Positions 44,077 to 50,227 of a stretch of 61,682 nt of DNA are shown here, piece by piece; within the stretch, counting starts at the first letter, position 1, and every line of letters starts with the position of its first letter. Origin of the DNA: an uncultured Planctomycetaceae bacterium. GTDB lineage: Bacteria > Planctomycetota > Planctomycetia > Planctomycetales > Planctomycetaceae. The stretch is taken from the NCBI GenBank assembly GCA_964504645.1, contig CAZDGB010000001.1:10247-71928 (forward strand), read 5' to 3'. The position numbers and the translations under genes are program-made. Below the pieces are notes generated by a model that saw only the letters and a program-made list of their open reading frames with translations, was not told the origin of the DNA and did no database searches.

Positions 44077-44093
44077 CGTAGCCACGTTAAGTC
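44077..44093 (+). promoter_or_regulatory. 17-nt GTAGCCAC motif, copy 1
   Basis: CGTAGCCACGTTAAGTC, preceded by TTGA. Lies 42 nt upstream of ATG 44136. Confidence 0.55.
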
Positions 44094-44135
44094 TGACAAT
44101 TGCCCTGTGGATTCACTGCACTACAGGAGCAAGCG

Positions 44136-44462
44136 ATGAATGCCAGGGGGCAGCTAAGCCAGGAAGAGATTGCGAAAGTAAAGGCGTGGATTTCTGAGAA
44201 CCGCGAGGACGCTTCGCGGTGCCCATTTTGCGGTTGCAACGGCGATATGGATGTCGCCCCGCACGTCGTGCAGCTTTCGGCGTGGCGTCCGAAATCGTCA
44301 GACAAGCGAACGCTAACTTATCCGGCAGTGATGTGGGCATGTTTGAGATGCGGCTATATGGCGTTGCTCAATGCGTTAATCGTTGGCGTGTTGGAGACGA
44401 ACGCCGAAGACATTCTTCAGCCTGTGGAAAAGCCCTCTGACGAGGAGAAGTCCAATGGCTGA
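44136..44462 (+). CDS. small four-Cys zinc-ribbon protein (108 aa), unknown family
   Basis: AGGAG RBS 6 nt upstream of ATG 44136. CPFCGC ... CLRCGY cysteine pairs. Hydrophobic C-proximal helix MALLNALIVGVL. Overlaps the next ORF by 8 nt. Confidence 0.6.
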   Translation: MNARGQLSQEEIAKVKAWISENREDASRCPFCGCNGDMDVAPHVVQLSAWRPKSSDKRTLTYPAVMWACLRCGYMALLNALIVGVLETNAEDILQPVEKPSDEEKSNG

Positions 44463-44877
44463 TCCGAACTGCAATGACCCCAAAGAGAGCGGACAGACAA
44501 AAGCGCCGCGCAATAGAAGAAAATTGGCCGGCGCTTCGCCAAGCGGTGCGGTCTACAGACAAACGCACATGGAGCGGGACGTGAAAATATATCCGATAGA
44601 CGAAACCGGGATGAAAATGCTGGCGATGCTGAACGACCTCAGCACGTTCTTCTTTTCAGCGGCGGTGTTCTGCGCGACCACGGCGTTCGACCTGTGGTCT
44701 GGCATTGAAATCGAGAACAGCCCAGCCGAAAACGCTAAGCACGAGATGGGGAAAATTGAATGGGTATGCCTTGTCCTCGGCATCGGTTGCTTCTTGGCGG
44801 GTTGCTATGCCGTTTGGTCGCGAAACACGGAGATCAGCAGAATCAAGAGGGAGTCGCGGGAAGTGACCATTAACTAA
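44455..44877 (+). CDS. small 2-TM membrane protein (140 aa), unknown family
   Basis: GAGGAG RBS 7 nt upstream of ATG 44455. Basic, disordered N-terminus. TM helices LSTFFFSAAVFCATTAFDLW and WVCLVLGIGCFLAGCYAVW. The last 8 nt overlap the convergent transposase 3' end. Confidence 0.55.
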   Translation: MADPNCNDPKESGQTKAPRNRRKLAGASPSGAVYRQTHMERDVKIYPIDETGMKMLAMLNDLSTFFFSAAVFCATTAFDLWSGIEIENSPAENAKHEMGKIEWVCLVLGIGCFLAGCYAVWSRNTEISRIKRESREVTIN

Positions 44878-45766
44878 CCAGTTCACGATGCGGCAAACGG
44901 CGTCCGTTCGATTGAGTCAGAATCCGCTGAAAAAAGTGATCGTTCCGATCCTTCCGCGAGTTGAAGCGGGAATCGAATTCCGAGAGATACCGATGAAGAT
45001 GCTTCTTGCTAATGCGGTGAAACGAACCGATGCAGGCGCGGGCAAACAGGCTCCACGCATTCTCGGCACCGTTGCAATGAACGCCTCCCGGCGACACGAA
45101 CCAGTCGGAGTGATCGCAGACGCCGTGGCTACGGCACATTTCGCCGAGTTGGTTGTAAGACTTCAGCTGATCGGTATGCAGGTCCGTGTTCTCCATGTCG
45201 ATGTAGTTCTCGGCGAACTCAATCATGGTCGCCTTGCGAACGTTCGGAATGTGCGCCGTGCGAATCTTGCCGGTGCTGGACTCCACGGCACCGAGAACAA
45301 TCGGACGATCCGTGGCGCGGCCATTCTTGCTCTTACCCGAACCACGGCGGGGCGGGCCACCAGCGAAGTGCTCGTCCATTTGGACGATGCCGCTGAACAG
45401 TTCCGTGCCATCTTCACGCATCGCTTCGCGGATTCTGTGACACATGTGCCAGCAGCATTCCTGCGAGATTTTGAGTTCGCGGTTCATCTCCAGCGACGAC
45501 TTGGACTTCTTGGCGTTCAACAGGATGAAAATCGCCATGAACCACTTTTTCAGTCCAATGTGCGACTGGTGGAAAATCGTGCCGCTCGTTGCCGAGAACC
45601 GGTAGCGACAACCAAGACACGTCCATTGGCGACGCTTCGGAAGCACGCTCACGCGAGCGCAGTTGCACTTCGGGCATTGAACGCCGTCTGGCCAGCGAAC
45701 GCGAATCAAGTGTTGGCGGCACGCTTCGTCATTGGGGAATTGTTCCAACAGTTCAAACAATGTCAT
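44870..45766 (-). CDS. IS1595-family (ISXO2-like) DDE transposase
   Basis: N-terminal transposase Zn-ribbon: WPDGVQCPKCNCARVSVLPKRRQWTCLGCRYRFSATSGTIF. DDE region: VQMDEHFAGG ... LHTDQLKSYNQL ... NGAENAWSLFARACIGSFHRISKKHLHRYLSEFDSRFNSR. Confidence 0.85.
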   Translation of the reverse strand: MTLFELLEQFPNDEACRQHLIRVRWPDGVQCPKCNCARVSVLPKRRQWTCLGCRYRFSATSGTIFHQSHIGLKKWFMAIFILLNAKKSKSSLEMNRELKISQECCWHMCHRIREAMREDGTELFSGIVQMDEHFAGGPPRRGSGKSKNGRATDRPIVLGAVESSTGKIRTAHIPNVRKATMIEFAENYIDMENTDLHTDQLKSYNQLGEMCRSHGVCDHSDWFVSPGGVHCNGAENAWSLFARACIGSFHRISKKHLHRYLSEFDSRFNSRKDRNDHFFQRILTQSNGRRLPHRELVS

Positions 45767-45896
45767 CGAACTCGCCTTGAGGCTGCGGCGGGTTCGCGTA
45801 CAATTCGGTTTACCAGACGCGATTGGGCGAACCAGCCTGATTGTGTTGCCCGTCAGTCGTTAGCGCGACTGGCGGGTTTTCTTTTCATGTCGTAAG

Positions 45897-45913
45897 TGTA
45901 GCCACACTTACTC
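45897..45913 (+). promoter_or_regulatory. 17-nt GTAGCCAC motif, copy 2
   Basis: TGTAGCCACACTTACTC, immediately followed by AGGAG and the GTG at 45928. Confidence 0.55.
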
Positions 45914-45927
45914 AGGAGTCAATAGTC

Positions 45928-46173
45928 GTGGCCACAAAAATCGGATTGACAATCAAAAAAAACGTAGCTACGCTTACTCGGATGGGAAGGCCGATGCTGC
46001 CAGACGACGAGCGCCGCGAGAAGCCGCTTAGAATCCGCATGTCGGATGAAGAGCGCGAGCTTGTCGATAGAGCCGCCGAGGCGACTGGCCAGACCACATC
46101 TCAGTGGGCGCGGGACATTCTTGAGCGCGCCGCCAAGAAGCAAGTTGGCGACGAGAAGCGACCCAAGAACTAG
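45928..46173 (+). CDS. ribbon-helix-helix (CopG/MetJ-type) DNA-binding protein
   Basis: KPLRIRMSDEERELVDRAAEATGQTTSQWARDILERAA has the strand-helix-helix pattern. Start is either GTG 45928 (AGGAG 10 nt upstream) or ATG 45982. Confidence 0.6.
   Translation: MATKIGLTIKKNVATLTRMGRPMLPDDERREKPLRIRMSDEERELVDRAAEATGQTTSQWARDILERAAKKQVGDEKRPKN
45963..45979 (+). promoter_or_regulatory. 17-nt motif, copy 3 (perfect palindromic core GTAGCTAC)
   Basis: CGTAGCTACGCTTACTC, 2 nt upstream of the ATG at 45982. Sits 66 nt from copy 2. Confidence 0.5.
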
Positions 46174-46256
46174 GTCGGAAGTCTGGGCGATTCGTCCATG
46201 ATGCTGTCGTAACGCATCGGCGGCGGTCGCAGATCACCCTATTCGGGAGGCGAGCC

Positions 46257-47021
46257 GTGTATTTATTGCGTTTGGCTCAAGGCGTTGCCAGGTTTGTTGG
46301 CGGCCTTTTTGGCGCGATTTGGAAGTCGCTTCGCACGCCGTATCCAGTCCCCCCTTACGATTCCGAATGGGAAAAGGACTACGAGTGGTATCAGACTTTT
46401 CAGCCCAGCAAAGACACCGGACTTTACTCTCGGCTGAAGGACGATGCGAGCGAACGCTACAAGGAGCTTGTCGAAGTCTTTAACTCCATCGACTCAAAGG
46501 CGGAGTGGGTTTTCGGCATTGCCATCGGCGGATTGGCCGGTGTCTTTGCTGCAGTATTGCCGTGGAAACTACCGTTTCTGTCCATACTTCCCACGGTAGC
46601 CGCGCTCTTGGTCACAATGTGGGTCGCGCTTCGGTGCCGGATTCCGAACGACCGCCCGGCACCGATGACAGTGCAGCGCATGATGAAGTTGGTGGAAACG
46701 TACCCCGCCGAGTTCGACGGCATTTATAGCGCCAGCACACACATGGCAATCGAGGGACTCAAGCGCGTGAATAAGTGGAAAACGCTTTTGGTTCGAGGAG
46801 CGGTTTACTCACTTTTGGTTGGCGCGCTGGGCTTCATCTTTCCTTTGGGTTTCCTCGAAATTCAACGTCACCGGGACGCGGCTTCCAACCGTTCTAAATC
46901 ATGTCAATTGGCGGTGGACGCTCGGCAGGCGGCGGCGTGGGTGTGGGATTGGGAGTGGCGGGCGTCGGATTCGGCGGCGAAGAAGAACCAGAACCAGGAT
47001 CAGACATTGATGGCTCCCTGA
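46257..47021 (+). CDS. multi-TM membrane protein (254 aa), unknown family; weak resemblance to SLATT/Pycsar-type TM effector N-regions
   Basis: GGGAGG RBS ~7 nt upstream of GTG 46257. Soluble helical N-region (ASERYKELVEVFNSIDSKAEW) runs into TM helices VFGIAIGGLAGVFAAVL, LSILPTVAALLVTMWVAL and AVYSLLVGALGFIFPLGFL. The family resemblance is from memory only. Confidence 0.55.
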   Translation: MYLLRLAQGVARFVGGLFGAIWKSLRTPYPVPPYDSEWEKDYEWYQTFQPSKDTGLYSRLKDDASERYKELVEVFNSIDSKAEWVFGIAIGGLAGVFAAVLPWKLPFLSILPTVAALLVTMWVALRCRIPNDRPAPMTVQRMMKLVETYPAEFDGIYSASTHMAIEGLKRVNKWKTLLVRGAVYSLLVGALGFIFPLGFLEIQRHRDAASNRSKSCQLAVDARQAAAWVWDWEWRASDSAAKKNQNQDQTLMAP

Positions 47022-47042
47022 GAGACAGTCGCCAGGACAAGG

Positions 47043-47059
47043 CGTAGCCACATTATGTC
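47043..47059 (+). promoter_or_regulatory. 17-nt GTAGCCAC motif, copy 4
   Basis: CGTAGCCACATTATGTC. Ends 24 nt before the right inverted repeat and faces outward toward gene 47083..47412. Confidence 0.55.
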
Positions 47060-47082
47060 AATCAGGATACGGACTTACAACA

Positions 47083-47412
47083 GTGTGTGCACAAACCCGC
47101 AAATTGCGGGCCGCGTTGATCCTGGCGACGGCGTGGCATCTGCGAGATCGCGCCGCCTATGCGGGCGCGTGCGTCCTGTTCTGGAGCGGGGCGGCGCTGA
47201 TTCCGCTCGTCACCGTGAAAACCGCTGCGGCGCGTACGATCCTGGCGCTGGTCGCGGCCAGCTATGCGATCACCGGCGTGCTGACTGTCCTTACGCTGTG
47301 TGATCCGCCGCGAATCGCGATTTCGCCCGACATCGTGTGGCTGCACTGGCTCGCGGCACTGTGCGTACCGGTGTCGCTGTGGATCGTCAGTTTGTGGGAG
47401 CCGGAGGAATAA
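47083..47412 (+). CDS. small high-GC membrane protein (3-4 TM), unknown family
   Basis: Strong G/C third-position bias in this frame. Helices ALILATAWHL.., ACVLFWSGAALIPLV, ILALVAASYAITGVLTVL, WLHWLAALCVPVSLWIV. The first 9 codons of the longest ORF lie in the 26-bp right inverted repeat, so the real start may be TTG 47104 or TTG 47116. Confidence 0.55.
   Translation: MCAQTRKLRAALILATAWHLRDRAAYAGACVLFWSGAALIPLVTVKTAAARTILALVAASYAITGVLTVLTLCDPPRIAISPDIVWLHWLAALCVPVSLWIVSLWEPEE
47084..47109 (-). repeat. right terminal inverted repeat (26 bp)
   Basis: TGTGTGCACAAACCCGCAAATTGCGG is the exact reverse complement of 44023..44048. Confidence 0.9.
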
Positions 47413-47451
47413 CGGCGAGCGGCGCGGCGTCAGGCAATCGCTCGACTCGAA

Positions 47452-47868
47452 CTACGATGCGAACGCCGCGATTTGAAATGCGACGCCGTAGTCGATGAAG
47501 TCCTCTTCGGGAATCGGACGGTTGCGGACGACGCGACCGGGCATCCAGCGAATCAGACCATCGGGCCGTTTCAGCCCGATCGATACCACCAGGTCGACGA
47601 TGGGGACCAACGCAACGAACCCGATGCCTCCCTGCGAGAGATTGTAAGCCCAGGCGGGAAACGTGGTCGGGTGGTCTTCGCTCGGCGGCGGGCCTTCGGG
47701 CGACACCAGGCAGACCAGAATCTGCCCCTGAAAGTCTTTGCGGTCGTGCTTCCGCACGCGCTTGTACTGGGTCTCCGTCCGGTTCTCTGACGCCGACAAT
47801 TTGTCGAGGATCCGCTTGAGCGAACGGTTTTCCCGCTCGGTGTATTGAGGGATTCCAATGGCCGGCAT
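47452..47868 (-). CDS. PilZ-domain (c-di-GMP binding) protein
   Basis: RKHDRKDF is the RxxxR motif. NLSQGGIGF, about 30 residues later, is the (D/N)xSxxG motif. Confidence 0.8.
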   Translation of the reverse strand: MPAIGIPQYTERENRSLKRILDKLSASENRTETQYKRVRKHDRKDFQGQILVCLVSPEGPPPSEDHPTTFPAWAYNLSQGGIGFVALVPIVDLVVSIGLKRPDGLIRWMPGRVVRNRPIPEEDFIDYGVAFQIAAFAS

Positions 47869-47892
47869 GATGCGCTCGCTACAGCGGTGAGA

Positions 47893-48438
47893 TTACACCG
47901 GTTGAGAGACAAAGGCGTCCAGACGTTCCAGTTCCTGCCGCACGGCATCAAGGAAATGTCCGGCGGCGTCGACTTCGTTTTCCTGTACCAGCCGGGTGAT
48001 CACCTCGGCGACTTTCAGCAGCGCGCTGCTCGTGTCGACGCGGCCCGCCGGCGCACCCTGAATCGCTTCCAGCGTGGTCTTCAGCAATTCGGGATCGATG
48101 GGCTTGAAGAGGACGTCGACGAAGCCGATGTCTTTCGCCAGCCGGATTTTCTCGACGTCCTTCAGCGGAGATTTCTCCTGGCCTGGACGCACGGCGGTCA
48201 TCAGCACGAAAGCCGGCGCAGTCCTCCGGAGGCGCGACGACTGTTTGAACAGCTCCACGCCGTCCATTTCCGGCATGATCAAGTCGGTGAGCACGATGCC
48301 GATCGTCGGATCTTCTTCCAGGACCTGTAGCGCCTGCGCGCCGGATTCAGCCGCCAGAGATTTGAAGCCGAATTTTTGCAACAGCCGCGTGTGGTAGTGC
48401 CGCGAGTATCCGACGTCGTCGACCACCAAAACCTTCAT
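47893..48438 (-). CDS. CheY-like response regulator (REC domain plus ~50-aa C-terminal extension, no output domain)
   Basis: MKVLVVDDVGYSR, phospho-acceptor context IVLTDLIMPEMDG, and conserved Lys in VLFKP. Confidence 0.85.
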   Translation of the reverse strand: MKVLVVDDVGYSRHYHTRLLQKFGFKSLAAESGAQALQVLEEDPTIGIVLTDLIMPEMDGVELFKQSSRLRRTAPAFVLMTAVRPGQEKSPLKDVEKIRLAKDIGFVDVLFKPIDPELLKTTLEAIQGAPAGRVDTSSALLKVAEVITRLVQENEVDAAGHFLDAVRQELERLDAFVSQPV

Positions 48439-48492
48439 GAAGTCACTTTCCAGAGCGCAAGGAAGAACAAAGAGATGATGGGCAAAGAGAGA

Positions 48493-48873
48493 CTAGCGGT
48501 GCGACGACAGAAAATGGGTCACCGCCACATCGAGCTGAGCGAGCGAAGATTTGAGCGCGTCGAACAGCAGCGGCGCGTCCTCCAGGGACTGGTTCTTGCC
48601 GCTGAATTCCAATTCCCGCGCGAGGTGATACGGACGTTTGGTGGAGAACGTGCCGATCGACCCTTTGAGCGTGTGAGCCACGAGCGCAATGCGGTCCCCG
48701 TCCCGGACGGCCACGGCGTCGGCGAGTTCTACCAGCAGCCGGTCGCGGTTCTCCGCGAACAGTTCCGCCAGTTCCCCGAGCAGCTCCAGATCGTCGCAAG
48801 CCCGATCCATCGCCTCCGCGGGGTCGAAGATCTCGGACTCGGAAAGGGAAGCAGTGACTAGCTCCGACATCAC
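48493..48873 (-). CDS. Hpt (histidine phosphotransfer) domain protein
   Basis: LLGELAELFAENRDRLLVELADAV ... ALVAHTLKGSIGTF, which contains the HxxKG phospho-His motif. Confidence 0.8.
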   Translation of the reverse strand: MMSELVTASLSESEIFDPAEAMDRACDDLELLGELAELFAENRDRLLVELADAVAVRDGDRIALVAHTLKGSIGTFSTKRPYHLARELEFSGKNQSLEDAPLLFDALKSSLAQLDVAVTHFLSSHR

Positions 48874-49073
48874 GTCGTCCTCACGCCGAGGGATGAAAAT
48901 CCCGGGTTTGGTGTGTCCGAGGGACTGCGCAACGAGACGTGTTGCACTTTGGAAACGTAGCTTCCAATCGTCCGGGTCTTCACAAAATTCTTGGTGCGGA
49001 ACGACTGGCTGACGCGGCGTTTAGAAGTTGCCGTCCGGTTATGCCGGTCGTAGGACGCCGGAGGAAAGACGCA

Positions 49074-49862
49074 TCAGGGGAGCTCGATAGGCCAGTTCAT
49101 GCCGGAGGTGAAACCCCCATCCACGTAGAGGATTTGGCCCGTCAGAAAGGCCGAGGCGGGACTGGCCAGAAAGATCGCCGTGCCGACCATGTCTTCCGGC
49201 ACACCGAGGCGCCGCAGCGGCGTGTTGGGGATGCCCCAGGCCTGCATCGTCGGCTCGGACCAGAGCCTCTGGGTCAGATCGGTGAGGACGAATCCCGGCG
49301 CGAGCGAATTGACGCGGATGCCGTGCGGACCCCATTCCATCGCGAGACCGCGGGTCATCATGCCGATGCCGGCTTTGCTCATGGCGTACGGCAGCACGCC
49401 GCGCAGCGGCGCGTAGGTGTTCAGCGATTCGATGTTGATGACCGTTCCGCCGCCGCCGCGGGAAATCATGTGCCGGCCGGCGGCCTGCGCCAGGAAGAAC
49501 GCCCCGCGCAGATTGATGTTCACAATGTAATCGTACTCTTCGACGGTGTACGTCTCCGACCGCTTGCGGATGTTGACGCCGGCAACGTTCAAGAGCGAAT
49601 CGACGCGGCCGTGCTTCGCCACGACCTGTTCGACGACCTCGCCGGCTTTCTCGGCTGCAGCGACGTCGCTGACGACGAAATCGACCGGATGCCGGCCGGT
49701 GGAAATCTCTTTCGCCGTCGCGGCGAGCGTGTCCTCGTTGCGCCCGGTGATGACGACTTTCGCCCCGCGCTCCGCGAACTCGCCGGCGAGCGCCCGGCCG
49801 ATTCCCCGGCTGCCCCCGGACACCAGCACCACCAGATCGTCGACGGAAAAGAGATCGTTCAT
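49074..49862 (-). CDS. SDR-family oxidoreductase (gluconate-5-dehydrogenase-like)
   Basis: VLVSGGSRGIGRALA, NIESLN, YAMSKAG, PGFVLTDL. Confidence 0.85.
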   Translation of the reverse strand: MNDLFSVDDLVVLVSGGSRGIGRALAGEFAERGAKVVITGRNEDTLAATAKEISTGRHPVDFVVSDVAAAEKAGEVVEQVVAKHGRVDSLLNVAGVNIRKRSETYTVEEYDYIVNINLRGAFFLAQAAGRHMISRGGGGTVINIESLNTYAPLRGVLPYAMSKAGIGMMTRGLAMEWGPHGIRVNSLAPGFVLTDLTQRLWSEPTMQAWGIPNTPLRRLGVPEDMVGTAIFLASPASAFLTGQILYVDGGFTSGMNWPIELP

Positions 49863-50227
49863 GACAGTAGAGTCGAGAGTCGACGGACAAGAGTCAAGAG
49901 TTGCGCATGAAGTAGAACGTCGGTGTCAAGCTTTACCGATTGACGCCCGGTGCAGATGGCGGGAGGATGTGGGCGTGCAAAGCATTTTCGCCTCAATACG
50001 CAGAAGCAGGTCGGCTCGCAAATTTGCGCGAGCATGGGCATTTCTCTCTGTAGTGAGCGGGATAATGTTTCTTGTGATAAGCGTTTTGCCTCCACTCAAT
50101 TTGAGTGGATCGGCTTTTCATTATCTATTTAGCGCTTGCCGGCCTGGAATGTGGTTGGCTCATGTGACAATGGGCCGGGCGTGCGGAATAGCCACAACCG
50201 AACTTCATCCGCACGCCTTTCTCAGGT

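Larger units (their letters stand above)
44023..47109. mobile_element. 3087-bp cassette bounded by perfect 26-bp inverted repeats; candidate IS1595-family transporter IS (tIS) with five passenger ORFs
   Basis: Terminal 26/26 inverted repeats. An internal intact IS1595-type DDE transposase. Lower G+C: about 57% in two hand-counted samples against about 68% in the flanking gene. No flanking 8-bp direct repeat seen. Confidence 0.65.

Noticed and set aside
44852-45870. Possible short inverted repeats (AGTCGCG...) immediately flanking the IS1595 transposase, which would define a ~1-kb simple IS.
   Set aside because: Only a 7-nt exact match with poor extension, and no flanking direct repeats. The perfect 26-bp repeats at 44023 and 47109 are far better candidates for the element ends.
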